Shown one piece after another: positions 17,328 through 26,793 of a DNA stretch of 64,000 bases. The translations under genes and the position numbers were made by a program. Each line of letters starts with the position of its first letter. The stretch's first letter is position 1. Source of the DNA: Alphaproteobacteria bacterium UBA1908. GTDB lineage: Bacteria > Pseudomonadota > Alphaproteobacteria > Caedimonadales > UBA1908. The notes under the pieces are model-generated. The model was not told the origin of the DNA and ran no database searches. It saw nothing but the letters and a program-made list of their open reading frames with translations. The stretch covers positions 30,221-94,220 of the forward strand of contig DDGG01000033.1 in NCBI GenBank assembly GCA_002337525.1, read 5' to 3'.

Positions 17328-18383
17328 TTAATTATTGTCTGTCTTTATAACTTTTCCATCAGGATAGAATGTTTTGTAAACAGCAATATAAGGAAAATCA
17401 TAAGAGACATCGACCAGATGACCAGATGCATCCTTTTTCTGTACGACGATATTACCAAGATCAGAAGAGGCCGCATTTCTACCTCCCCCTAATGGTGACG
17501 ACATTCCGGGTGACCAGGTGATCACGTATCCTTCATGCTCAATTTTACCCTTTTCACGAACATAAGGCAGAGCCCATGCAACACCCGGAACTTCGCTAAT
17601 CATAATAACACGCGTCGTCCCTTTTAGGTTATCTTCTGTTTTAGGGTCATATGATCCCCGGAAGAACAGAGGAACCTGTGCATTATCTGAACCGGCATTG
17701 GCCGTTATTCCATAACGATATTTTGTTAAATACGCAAATGTATTTCTGCGAACACCGTCAGGAAGATCAGGCAAGAAGCCTGCTCGACGTGCAAAAGGGG
17801 TTAACATTATTTTTCCCTGTGGGAAACGCTCCTTAAATCGTTTAAAAGATTCAATCCGGGCAGGAACAGGCTTTAGAGATGCCCCCGCATAGTCTCCAAC
17901 GAGTCCCCGACCTTCCAGCTTTTGCCAAAAAGATTCTGTTTGCTTGTCATAGAAAATCTGGTCAGATTTACGAGTGTAACCTGCTGATCCAAAAGTAAGG
18001 GTTCTTCCCTCTACCCTTCTGTCAAAAACGTTAGCCGAACTGCAAATGAGACAAAAGCTGATTAAAACCGGTTTACCTGCGACAACATCGTTGACAACAT
18101 GTGACGCAAGAATGGTGATAGGATAAGCGCGCGCATCCCCGTCAATAACGACAGAAACAACAGGCTCAGTCTCTGAAAAACCACTACTTTCCGAAATCGG
18201 ACCAAAACTGGGCCTCGTCACATCTTGAGAATCAAATCGATTACCAAAAGTTTCGATTTCATTCAACTCAATGACTTTTTTCGTAAAGTCTGTTTTTTTA
18301 TAAGCTCCCCCCAACCAACTTGACTCAACACAGCCAGCTAGAAGGGCGCCCAAAGCAACAGAGCATATTAAAGATTTCTTCAT
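17328..18383 (-). CDS. DUF3179-family lipoprotein
   Basis: Lipobox LLAGC. Core block DGDARAYPITILASHVVNDVVAGKPVLISFCLICSSANVFDRRVEGRTLTFGSAGYTRKSDQIFYDKQTESFWQ matches my recollection of DUF3179. ATG at 18383 with GGAG upstream (the ORF GTG is at 18398). Confidence 0.7.
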   Translation of the reverse strand: MKKSLICSVALGALLAGCVESSWLGGAYKKTDFTKKVIELNEIETFGNRFDSQDVTRPSFGPISESSGFSETEPVVSVVIDGDARAYPITILASHVVNDVVAGKPVLISFCLICSSANVFDRRVEGRTLTFGSAGYTRKSDQIFYDKQTESFWQKLEGRGLVGDYAGASLKPVPARIESFKRFKERFPQGKIMLTPFARRAGFLPDLPDGVRRNTFAYLTKYRYGITANAGSDNAQVPLFFRGSYDPKTEDNLKGTTRVIMISEVPGVAWALPYVREKGKIEHEGYVITWSPGMSSPLGGGRNAASSDLGNIVVQKKDASGHLVDVSYDFPYIAVYKTFYPDGKVIKTDNN

Positions 18384-18402
18384 GTTTTGATTCTCCACTC
18401 TC

Positions 18403-19800
18403 TTAGAGGTAAATTTTGGCTTTTACTAGGAAGCTATTATTTGATTTCCTCGGAAAGAGAGAAAGTGTTGTAATAGTCCTGATGAAACTTGCTTCTACAT
18501 TAAAGTATTCGTGAGCGTACTTTAAACCAAGCTCAATATCATCATTTCTGAATTTCTTCAAAAGAGCTGGTGCAAAATTATTGTTAAGAGGGTTAATAGC
18601 GAATTTGTTTTCAAAGTGAGTATAAGTATACTGCCCCTTGAAGACAAAAGTTTGTTCATTATTGACCGTCCTGGTATTATCAAGAGCAAACTTGAAGCCT
18701 GCGCTCAAAGGTGTCGCAACAAAACCATTAATAAGAGGCGTAAATGTCGTGAATCCCGGACCAGGCTCTGAGATAAAGCGGTCATAAAAGAAATTTAGAT
18801 TGATTCTCTCATTTAGATCAAAACCCGCGACAGCAAAAAACCTTGGTGTCCCTACGTGTGGTACAAAACCTTTCCTGCTATAGTGACGAGATTTATAACC
18901 AATACCAAAATCAATGAAGCCCGACCCTAAAGTCGTCGGTCCAAAAATAGTCATACCAAGAGCTGTACTGTGACCAGTTGATCCCCTTTTATTACCCTGG
19001 GAATTTTTTTGATGATGATACGTTCTACGGTCAAGCTGGTAAGAAACATAAGGAACCAGTCGCGTAACCAAGGGATTATAGTTAACCATATCATAGTTAG
19101 CTTTAACAAAAAGCGCATTGTCAGAACGGTTAGCATCCCCTTCTAAACCATCTCCAAAGTTTGTCGAAACTCTAAAACGGTAGAAATCGTTAAAAGTTCC
19201 CAATTCCCATATAAAACGGTCATTTTTTTGAACATACTTTAAATCAACTGTATGCTTTTCGGTCCGAACACGCTCGTTTGGATCTGCAAAAAGGCCTGTT
19301 GGTCGCGCCCCGGGAGCGGCACGATTAAGATTATCCGTGCTCAAACGATTTTCACCCATATGGCTGAAACGATAGAAAGTGAAAAGCTGACGATCAGAGT
19401 CAATCGTATAGAAACCGTTTAATTTAACTTCGGCTTCGTTGATATTATCTCCCGTTTTTCCTGTTCTAACGAAATCAGCTTTTAAAAAGGCATCACCTGT
19501 AAAGTTACCATAGGAAATCTGTGCGGCAACACTGGGTGAATAGGTATGCTCCAGAACAGATTCTTTTGTCGCATTGCTGTTGAGCACGTAGAAATCTTCG
19601 TTTTGTTTTAGGGAAACCTGAAAATCCGGCAAGATATTAACAAGATAGTTATCCCCGCTAAAAACAGGTTCAAACAGTGTTTTGTGAGCTTCAAAAGCAT
19701 TATTAGGCGGTGTTGTTGCAGGAGGTTTAAAAGGATCCCCGGCGCTTAGGGGTGACAAGCTAGTCCCCATCATTATTAAAAAAGTCAGTTTTTTATACAT
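18403..19800 (-). CDS. Outer-membrane beta-barrel protein, unknown family
   Basis: 465 aa. Signal peptide MYKKLTFLIMMGTSLSPLSA, SD GGGGAG, and alternating aromatic/hydrophilic beta-strand pattern throughout. Ends 4 nt before the DUF3179 gene ORF. Confidence 0.65.
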   Translation of the reverse strand: MYKKLTFLIMMGTSLSPLSAGDPFKPPATTPPNNAFEAHKTLFEPVFSGDNYLVNILPDFQVSLKQNEDFYVLNSNATKESVLEHTYSPSVAAQISYGNFTGDAFLKADFVRTGKTGDNINEAEVKLNGFYTIDSDRQLFTFYRFSHMGENRLSTDNLNRAAPGARPTGLFADPNERVRTEKHTVDLKYVQKNDRFIWELGTFNDFYRFRVSTNFGDGLEGDANRSDNALFVKANYDMVNYNPLVTRLVPYVSYQLDRRTYHHQKNSQGNKRGSTGHSTALGMTIFGPTTLGSGFIDFGIGYKSRHYSRKGFVPHVGTPRFFAVAGFDLNERINLNFFYDRFISEPGPGFTTFTPLINGFVATPLSAGFKFALDNTRTVNNEQTFVFKGQYTYTHFENKFAINPLNNNFAPALLKKFRNDDIELGLKYAHEYFNVEASFIRTITTLSLFPRKSNNSFLVKAKIYL

Positions 19801-20122
19801 TATATGTACTCCCCGTTGTTAATATAAAAAAAGCTATCATCATTTTTTTAAAAAAAAAAGACTTTTTAAAATATAGATTAAAATTAAATAAAACTGATGG
19901 CTTAATAAATCTTAAAAATAATCTTGATCTTATTTTCAAGATCTGGATTCTTCTATTAACTTCCCCTCCAGGTATTAGAGAATAGTAAGCTTCCTCCCTA
20001 AAAGAGCGGTGTATAAATAATTTAAGAGCATTTCTAATGCTTCGGATATCCCCGGGGAAACTTAACATAGGAACCCATGTATTTGACTCTTTCAAAAAGC
20101 ATATAGAGACAAAAAAAAATCT

Positions 20123-21313
20123 ATGGTAGAAATCAATATGATTTATGATTGCGTTGTTATTGGTGGAGGCCTTATTGGTTCTCTTTCAGCCCTGGTTCTT
20201 GCACAGGACGGATTCAGGGTGGCTCTTGTCGACAAAAACTTATTAGCAAAAAATGACAAAATGCCCGTTGATCGGCGTGGTATTGCAGTTGCGCGCGGAT
20301 CTCAAGCCCTTCTTGAAAAAGTTGGCGTTTGGTCGACTTTAAAACAGGTTGCCTCCCCTATCAAAACAATTTGTGTGTCAAACGCAAACTATCATGGCAC
20401 CGTTCAATATGGACAGCAAGAATCAGACGGCTTTGAAATGGGCCATATTATTGAGGGGTACCAACTTAGAGAAAGTTTTTATCAGGCCGTAAATAATCAG
20501 GAAAACGTGGACTGTTTTATGCCCAGAACACTCTCGGCACTACAACAAACAGAAGAGGAGGTAACCTTATCGTTTCAAAGTGGTGAACCTCCTTTAAAAG
20601 CACGCTTCTGTTTGGCTGCGGATGGTAAAAACTCGTGGGTAAGAAATCATTTAGGCATAAAATCCAGAAGTTGGGATTATCATCAGGTTGCCCTTGTGTT
20701 TATTGTGCAACACCCTCTCTCCCACCATAATATAGCGTTTGAACATTTCCTGCCCCGAGGCCCCCTTGCCTTACTCCCCATGTCAGGAAACCGCTCCTCG
20801 GTTGTGTGGACAGAAACACCCGAAGCCGCAAAGCGCATGTTATCCCTGGATGATAAAACTTTCAGCGAAGAGGTTTCACATTTATTCGGGGAAGCGCTAG
20901 GCCCTTTGACAATTGATGGCCCCCGCTCTTCCTACCCTCTTTCAGGCCAAATGACTCTCAAACCCTTCCAAGGCCGCTGCCTTTTGATCGGGGACTCGGC
21001 CCACGCAATTCATCCCGTCGCAGGACAGGGGTTCAACCTTGGTCTTCGAGATGTTTATTGGCTGGAATCACAGTTAGAGTCCTTGAAAAATCCTTCAAAA
21101 ATCATATCAACACTAGCCTGTTTCCCTCGAGAACGCTCTCTTGATATTCTTGGTATGACGGGCGCGACACACGGACTTGTTAAACTCTTTTCTAATAACT
21201 CCGGTACTATGGGACGTTTTCGATCTCTGGGGCTTGGCCTTACAAATGCTTTCCCCTTCCTGAAGAAAAAATTGACGCGCCATGCGATGGGGCTTAAAGA
21301 GATCCGCTCATGA
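20123..21313 (+). CDS. UbiH/UbiF/Coq6-family FAD-dependent ubiquinone-biosynthesis hydroxylase
   Basis: DCVVIGGGLIGS (GxGxxG), AADGKNSWVRNHL (DG motif) and GDSAHAIHPVAGQGFNLGLRDV. Confidence 0.85.
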   Translation: MVEINMIYDCVVIGGGLIGSLSALVLAQDGFRVALVDKNLLAKNDKMPVDRRGIAVARGSQALLEKVGVWSTLKQVASPIKTICVSNANYHGTVQYGQQESDGFEMGHIIEGYQLRESFYQAVNNQENVDCFMPRTLSALQQTEEEVTLSFQSGEPPLKARFCLAADGKNSWVRNHLGIKSRSWDYHQVALVFIVQHPLSHHNIAFEHFLPRGPLALLPMSGNRSSVVWTETPEAAKRMLSLDDKTFSEEVSHLFGEALGPLTIDGPRSSYPLSGQMTLKPFQGRCLLIGDSAHAIHPVAGQGFNLGLRDVYWLESQLESLKNPSKIISTLACFPRERSLDILGMTGATHGLVKLFSNNSGTMGRFRSLGLGLTNAFPFLKKKLTRHAMGLKEIRS

Positions 21314-21490
21314 CTCCCTGTTAAAAAGAACTTTCTTTTATAAAAGTTACAGACAGCAACTTTCCGCTCTCTCTTTTCCTTTTGTTGCATCCGTGTCACT
21401 TCTGCTTCAACAGTATCAAAAAGTTAATTCAAGCTTTACTTTACATAAAATACGCCTAATATTTAAGGTAAATTCATGGGAGGTTTTTAA

Positions 21491-23410
21491 ATGAAGCAAC
21501 TTTTAAAGTCATCAAGTACTCTTGTTTTATGTGGTCTGATTGCCGCAGGCCTTGCAGGGTGTCATGATGAATCGCCAACAGATACCACATCATCCAAAAT
21601 AGTTCAGGCTGACTCGAGCCGAATTCCTCTTGAAAAGATTTTTGCAGAGCATGACAGTACCGAGATTGACAAAAAACTCAAGGATGGTGTTGAGAAGCTT
21701 TTAGAGGGTGATTACCACGGCGCCTCAAAACAATTCAATACAGCCCTGGTTGATAATCCCAGCAGCACATGGATACACTATCTTAACGGCCTTTCCTATC
21801 ATTTAATGGCACGTAATGGTGACGTAACTCAAAATGATTTGGCGGCTGCAGGATTTGAACAGTCTTTAAAGTATGATCCTGCTAATATTTTGGCTTCTCT
21901 TCAGTTGGGACGTGTGCGTGCAGATCAAAAACGCTATATAGATGCCCAGGAAGAATTCGCCAATGTCTTGCTTTTGCAACCTAACAACTTTGAAGCAGTT
22001 TACGAATTGGCAGCTGTCTCCTATAAGATGGGAGATATCAAGACGGCGCGGGTTGCTATTGATCGAGCTGAAAAACAACATGGATCAAAACCTGAAGTCG
22101 TTAAGGCAAAAGCGATGATTCTCGCTGCCTCTGGTCAAGGAGAAGCTGCCTTGATGGCACTTGCCAACTATCGCAAGAATGCAAAAAACCCCTACAAGGC
22201 ACAACGTCTTGAAGGACGTCTCCAAAGCTGGAATAGCCTTTACAACAGTGGCCTGATTCTTGCCCAATATGATGATTCAGCCGCCCCGGATGATCAACTG
22301 GCCACTGATGCTGCTGCTCCTGATAGTACAGTAGGGGCTGCTGACCCTGCAGCGGAGGATGTAGCCATAGCTGATGCTGTTCCCTCGGAAATGATCATTC
22401 TGGATGCTGTTGTGATGCGGGTTGATGACGTTGGTGAAACCTCAAAGGGAAATAATATTCTTGATAATTTCACTCTGGCGATTGCCCCGGGAACACACTA
22501 CAAAGGTAAGTCTAATAGCGGGAACACTAGTTTTGAAAATTTCCCTGTCTTTAATAGTACAACGCCTCTTATTGGATCAACGCCTTCTATTGGTGGAGAC
22601 CACGCCGCTGGAGGAACATCGGGACGAACCAATGTTTTTACCCAGGGCATCAGCTTTGGCACAATCACTTACAGCATGAAAATTGCCAATGCAGAGCGTC
22701 AACATATCGAGGTTGTAGGACGTCCTTCTCTTGTTGCCTCAGTTGGCAAACCTGCGAAATTCTTTTCTGGAAGAGAGCTCGCGCTTGGTCTTTCTGGTGA
22801 GTACGGAGGCACCATTACAAAGCTTCCCGTTGGTGTAACACTGGACGTGACACCCACAAGCTTTGATGGTGAAACTGTCATCCTGGACGTAACATTGTAC
22901 GGCAGCGTCATCGCAAACGAAGAACTTGTCAATAAAGATGCAACCAAGAACTTTACCAACATTGGTATCAGTAAGGTTCAAACCACCATCAAGGCAAAGC
23001 TGGGTGAAACTATCATGCTTGCCGGCATTACAGAACGTATTGACGAGGATGGAAAGTCAGGCTTTCCTATCTTACAGGACATTCCTGTAGTTCAATACGC
23101 GTTTTCAAGAGAAACAACCCTGGCCTCTCGTAAATCTGTCATGTATTTGATTACGCCACGCGCCTATGATGATAATAAAAATATGATTAAATCTATCACT
23201 GACTTTAAAGACAAGCGTGTGAACCTAAAAGAGCTGGAATTGCGTAACAAGGATTGGTATAGCCCTGATTATAACATGGCAATAACCTTAAAGCATCTGG
23301 CACCCCTTTATCGCGAATTCCGCCAGGGAGATATTGATGAGATTGATTGGCACATGCGTGATAATGTAAAAACTCAGGCAGAACAAGCCGTTAGTTTCTT
23401 CTACTATTAA
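21491..23410 (+). CDS. Lipoprotein fusing an N-terminal TPR domain to a C-terminal secretin core (type II/III secretion-system secretin family)
   Basis: SD GGGAGG. Lipobox LAGC. TPR-like repeats over aa ~70-230, then an Ala/Asp/Pro linker. Secretin core: IILDAVVMRV ... VGRPSLVASVGKPAKFFSG ... VGVTLDVTPTSFDGETVILDV ... GFPILQDIPVVQYAFSRETTLASRKSVMYLITPRA. Confidence 0.8.
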   Translation: MKQLLKSSSTLVLCGLIAAGLAGCHDESPTDTTSSKIVQADSSRIPLEKIFAEHDSTEIDKKLKDGVEKLLEGDYHGASKQFNTALVDNPSSTWIHYLNGLSYHLMARNGDVTQNDLAAAGFEQSLKYDPANILASLQLGRVRADQKRYIDAQEEFANVLLLQPNNFEAVYELAAVSYKMGDIKTARVAIDRAEKQHGSKPEVVKAKAMILAASGQGEAALMALANYRKNAKNPYKAQRLEGRLQSWNSLYNSGLILAQYDDSAAPDDQLATDAAAPDSTVGAADPAAEDVAIADAVPSEMIILDAVVMRVDDVGETSKGNNILDNFTLAIAPGTHYKGKSNSGNTSFENFPVFNSTTPLIGSTPSIGGDHAAGGTSGRTNVFTQGISFGTITYSMKIANAERQHIEVVGRPSLVASVGKPAKFFSGRELALGLSGEYGGTITKLPVGVTLDVTPTSFDGETVILDVTLYGSVIANEELVNKDATKNFTNIGISKVQTTIKAKLGETIMLAGITERIDEDGKSGFPILQDIPVVQYAFSRETTLASRKSVMYLITPRAYDDNKNMIKSITDFKDKRVNLKELELRNKDWYSPDYNMAITLKHLAPLYREFRQGDIDEIDWHMRDNVKTQAEQAVSFFYY

Positions 23411-23433
23411 ACATACCTTTATATCTTTTCTTT

Positions 23434-23460
23434 AAGGGGGCTTTTGGCCCCTTTTTTTAT
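23434..23460 (+). terminator. Rho-independent terminator after the secretin gene
   Basis: AAGGGGGC TTTT GGCCCCTT followed by TTTTTTATTTTT, about 25 nt after the stop. Confidence 0.75.
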
Positions 23461-23549
23461 TTTTAATTGTCTTTTCAGTGCCTCATCATCACGCGAACCC
23501 AAGATCATCACCTTTAGCGATGTGTCTACGCAGACCTAAAGCCATCAAT

Positions 23550-23916
23550 GTCATCCAGAAGTTTTTTTTCACTTCTCCGTGATCGTGAGGGTCGCACTTT
23601 TATTTCTGCGTCATCGTGAGAAGTCTTACTTACTCCCTGCCCTCGTGATGAAACGCTTTTATTTCTGCGTCATCGTGAGGAGATCGCAGGTCGACGTAAC
23701 GATCCAGACTTTGAAAGGCACAGGCCTTATAGGGAAGTGTTCTGGATTCTTCAGTCGCTGCCGCTCCTTCTGAATGACGATTTAGAGGGTGCTCGATCTG
23801 AATGACAATACACGGACGTCATCCAGAGGCTGGCAACGCCACCCGTCGGGATCCAGACAAACCGGATGTGTTGGTATACTGGATTGCGACGGTCACGCTG
23901 TTCCCCCGCAATCATA
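23550..23916. repeat. Intergenic mosaic array (locus C) of the same hairpin units, mostly in inverted orientation
   Basis: 23817-23857 CGTCATCCAGAGGCTGGCAACGCCACCCGTCGGGATCCAGAC. 23878-23915 CTGGATTGCGACGGTCACGCTGTTCCCCCGCAATCAT is the reverse complement of 14232-14268. 23741-23779 is the reverse complement of a GTCATTCAGA..GAATCCAG unit. Duplicated CTTTTATTTCTGCGTCATCGTGAG at 23598 and 23655. Confidence 0.85.
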
Positions 23917-23967
23917 GAGGAAAACACCCTTTCCCAATGATGATATAGAGAGAAAACTTCAGAAATA

Positions 23968-23993
23968 AAAAAGGAGGCCAATAGCCTCCTTCT
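23968..23993 (-). terminator. Rho-independent terminator of sucCD
   Basis: On the minus strand: AAGGAGGC TATTG GCCTCCTT followed by TTTTATTTCT, about 70 nt after the sucD stop. Confidence 0.75.
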
Positions 23994-24060
23994 CTTTGAT
24001 AGCGCTTTGGGACTTCACCAAAAGTGACTCCCCCCAGAGTTAACAATAAACCTTTAACGG

Positions 24061-24960
24061 CTACTGGGCCTTGGCAAAAGGTTGCCGACCTTCCATTACT
24101 TTCAACATTGTACGTCCCAGATCTGCAGGAGATTCAGCAACATGGACACCAGCTTTTTTAAGAGCCTCAATTTTACCAAGAGCTGTTCCCTCTCCCCCTG
24201 AAACAATCGCACCGGCATGCCCCATCCGTCGACCAGGAGGTGCTGTCACTCCTGCAATAAAACCTACCATTGGTTTTTTAACAGATGATTGCGCGATAAA
24301 CTCTGCCGCCTCTTCTTCTGCAGATCCGCCAATTTCACCGATCATAATAATGCCCTCGGTTGCAGGATCCTTTAAGAAAAGATCAAGACAATCAATAAAG
24401 CTTGTCCCGGGTATAGGGTCACCGCCAATACCAATGCAGGTTGATTGCCCCAAACCTGCTTTTGTTGTCTGCCAAACAGCCTCATAAGTTAAGGTCCCTG
24501 ATCTTGACACAATGCCAATATTTCCTTCCTGATGGATATGACCGGGCATAATACCAATTTTGCATTGGCCTGGCGTAATCACACCTGGACAGTTTGGACC
24601 AATCAATCGGGATTTCGATTCTTCAAGGGCCCTTTTGACGCGTACCATATCTAAGACAGGAATTCCTTCTGTAATACAGACAATAAGAGGAATTTCAGCA
24701 TCAATCGCTTCAAGAATCGCATCTGCTGCAAAGGGAGGCGGCACATAAATAACGGTTGCATTCGCCCGGGCCTTGACTACAGCTTCCTGAACGGTATCAA
24801 AAACGGGAAGATCCAAATGAGTACTTCCCCCTTTTCCAGGAGTAACACCACCGACCAGATTTGTGCCGTAGGCAATCGCCTGCTCCGAGTGAAAAGTTCC
24901 CTGAGAACCAGTAAATCCCTGACAAATAAGGCGTGTATTTTTATCGACGAGAACAGACAT
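24061..24960 (-). CDS. sucD: Succinyl-CoA ligase [ADP-forming] alpha subunit
   Basis: [21 protein letters not shown] and the phosphohistidine loop MGHAGAIV. Its start overlaps the sucC stop. Confidence 0.95.
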   Translation of the reverse strand: MSVLVDKNTRLICQGFTGSQGTFHSEQAIAYGTNLVGGVTPGKGGSTHLDLPVFDTVQEAVVKARANATVIYVPPPFAADAILEAIDAEIPLIVCITEGIPVLDMVRVKRALEESKSRLIGPNCPGVITPGQCKIGIMPGHIHQEGNIGIVSRSGTLTYEAVWQTTKAGLGQSTCIGIGGDPIPGTSFIDCLDLFLKDPATEGIIMIGEIGGSAEEEAAEFIAQSSVKKPMVGFIAGVTAPPGRRMGHAGAIVSGGEGTALGKIEALKKAGVHVAESPADLGRTMLKVMEGRQPFAKAQ

Positions 24961-26129
24961 TATGCCGCCTCCTTCACTGCATGAACTATACTTTCTGCCG
25001 CATCACCAAGCTCATTGGCAGAAACAATCGGCAAACCGGATTCCTGAAGGATTTTTTTACCAGCCTCAACATTCGTTCCTTCAAGACGAACAACAAGGGG
25101 CACATTGATTCCAACATCACGTGCAGCGGCAACAACGCCTTCTGCAATGATATCACACCGCATAATTCCCCCAAAAATATTTACCAGAATACCTTCAACA
25201 TTGGGATCTGATAAAATCAGTTTAAAAGCTGTCGTCACACGCTCACGAGGGGCCCCTCCTCCAACATCCAGAAAGTTTGCAGGCTCTCCACCATATAATT
25301 TGATAACATCCATTGTTGCCATGGCAAGGCCGGCTCCATTCACCATACAACCAATATTGCCATCCAGTTTGATATAGCTTAAAGAGTGTCGGCCTGCTTC
25401 AAGTTCTGCTGCATCTTCTTCCGTCTCATCTCGAAGAGCCTCAATATCACTGTGACGATACAAGGCATTTTCATCAAAGGTCATTTTTGCATCCAGTGCC
25501 AAAACATCACCTTCTTGTGTCACGGCCACAGGATTAATTTCCAAAAGGCTGCTGTCATATGTTTTAAAAGTCTTATAGCATCCTGCAAACAGATTCGCAG
25601 CTTTCATTGCAGACTTGCCCGAAAGCCCCAGGGAAAAGGCAATCTTTCGCGCCTGGAAAGGTTGAAACCCAACCAGAGGATCAATAACGAGTTTGAAAAT
25701 TTTCTCTGGCGTTTTTTCGGCGACTTCTTCAATATCCATACCACCTGCTTGCGAGGCGACAACTGTTAACCGGGATGTCTGCCGATCCAGTAACAAACTA
25801 AAATAAAGCTCGCTTGCAATCGCACATCCTTGTTCGATATAAAGACGTCCAACTTCTTTTCCTTCAGGCCCGGTTTGAGGGGTTACAAGCTGCATCCCCA
25901 ACATATCATTGGCAAGGGACTCAACCTCGTCAAGGGATTTTGCGACTTTAACACCACCGCCCTTACCACGACCACCGGCATGAATCTGTGCCTTCACAAC
26001 CCACACGGATCCCCCCATTTTTTCGGCTACACTCCGGGCTTCTTCCGCAGTATAGGCAACACCGCCTTCCAGAACCGGCACACCGCATTCTTTCAGCAGG
26101 GACTTGGCTTGATACTCATGAATTTTCAT
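24960..26129 (-). CDS. sucC: Succinyl-CoA ligase [ADP-forming] beta subunit
   Basis: [30 protein letters not shown] and the ATP-grasp layout. SD GAAGGA. Confidence 0.95.
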   Translation of the reverse strand: MKIHEYQAKSLLKECGVPVLEGGVAYTAEEARSVAEKMGGSVWVVKAQIHAGGRGKGGGVKVAKSLDEVESLANDMLGMQLVTPQTGPEGKEVGRLYIEQGCAIASELYFSLLLDRQTSRLTVVASQAGGMDIEEVAEKTPEKIFKLVIDPLVGFQPFQARKIAFSLGLSGKSAMKAANLFAGCYKTFKTYDSSLLEINPVAVTQEGDVLALDAKMTFDENALYRHSDIEALRDETEEDAAELEAGRHSLSYIKLDGNIGCMVNGAGLAMATMDVIKLYGGEPANFLDVGGGAPRERVTTAFKLILSDPNVEGILVNIFGGIMRCDIIAEGVVAAARDVGINVPLVVRLEGTNVEAGKKILQESGLPIVSANELGDAAESIVHAVKEAA

Positions 26130-26249
26130 TCAAGGTCCTTCTCGTTAATCAACACAAATCGCAGTGTATCATGGTCCCGATCTTAACAAAAGAGAGCAAA
26201 TTGAAGACTTTGGAAGTTTTGCACGCATTATAAAATGAAAGGAGTCCCC

Positions 26250-26280
26250 ATAAAAAAGGCGCCCTTAAAAGCGCCTCTCG
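26250..26280 (-). terminator. Rho-independent terminator after the 117-aa secreted protein gene
   Basis: On the minus strand: AGGCGC TTTTAAGG GCGCCT followed by TTTTTTA, directly after the stop at 26304. Confidence 0.6.
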
Positions 26281-26303
26281 AACGGGTTATTGGATATAGG
26301 TTC

Positions 26304-26657
26304 CTACAGCTTTTTGGCGTCTTGTCTTGCTTTTTTAAGGCCCTGAATCGACGCCTGAACATTCTTGCGTGTCGACTTAAGAACTTGAAGCTCTGCCTCC
26401 AGAATTTCATTGAAAAGGGTTTTACATTTAGGGCTATCCGAGGTTGCACAGTCCTTTTCAAATGTCATTTTGGACCCAATAAGTTTTTCAAGACTTGCTG
26501 TCATTGCCTGAAACTTTTCTTTGGCAAGGCTGATTTCCTTTTGTTCAAGATCTTTCATGAACTTATGATATTTACCTTCGGCACTGGCAGTAGCAGTAGC
26601 ACTGACAGATAAACCTGCGATAGCTGCAAACACAAAACCTGAAATTATTTTTTTCAT
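26304..26657 (-). CDS. Small secreted coiled-coil protein (117 aa)
   Basis: Start MKKIISGFVFAAIAGLSVSATATASA at 26657 (the ORF runs to 26726). Helical and K/E-rich, with two Cys. Confidence 0.55.
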   Translation of the reverse strand: MKKIISGFVFAAIAGLSVSATATASAEGKYHKFMKDLEQKEISLAKEKFQAMTASLEKLIGSKMTFEKDCATSDSPKCKTLFNEILEAELQVLKSTRKNVQASIQGLKKARQDAKKL

Positions 26658-26793
26658 TGATGACTCTCCCATATTATTTTTTATACGACTTGAAGGAAAT
26701 CCTGAACTCGGAAACCATAGTATCAAAGAACTCTAAAAAATGAGTGAAAAATATTAAGGTGTACAAGGAAAGGGTCAACAAAGACCCTAATAA

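Noticed and set aside
19793-20095. 100-aa ORF in the OMP / ubiH-like divergent intergenic region
   Set aside because: Extremely AT-rich with homopolymer runs (T7, A10) and low-complexity K/F/I content. It more likely contains the two divergent promoters. A 7-bp inverted repeat (ATCTTGA-N8-TCAAGAT, 19921-19942) was noted but is too short to call.
23579-23981. ORFs 23579..23773 (+) and 23751..23981 (-)
   Set aside because: They lie entirely within repeat locus C, between two convergent terminators. There is no SD, and the frames are repeat-derived.
24071-26186. Long antisense ORFs inside sucD/sucC (24071..24487, 25105..25377, 25386..25769, 25830..26186)
   Set aside because: They lie opposite highly conserved sucCD coding sequence. 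They are typical shadow ORFs of relatively GC-richer genes, with no start context.
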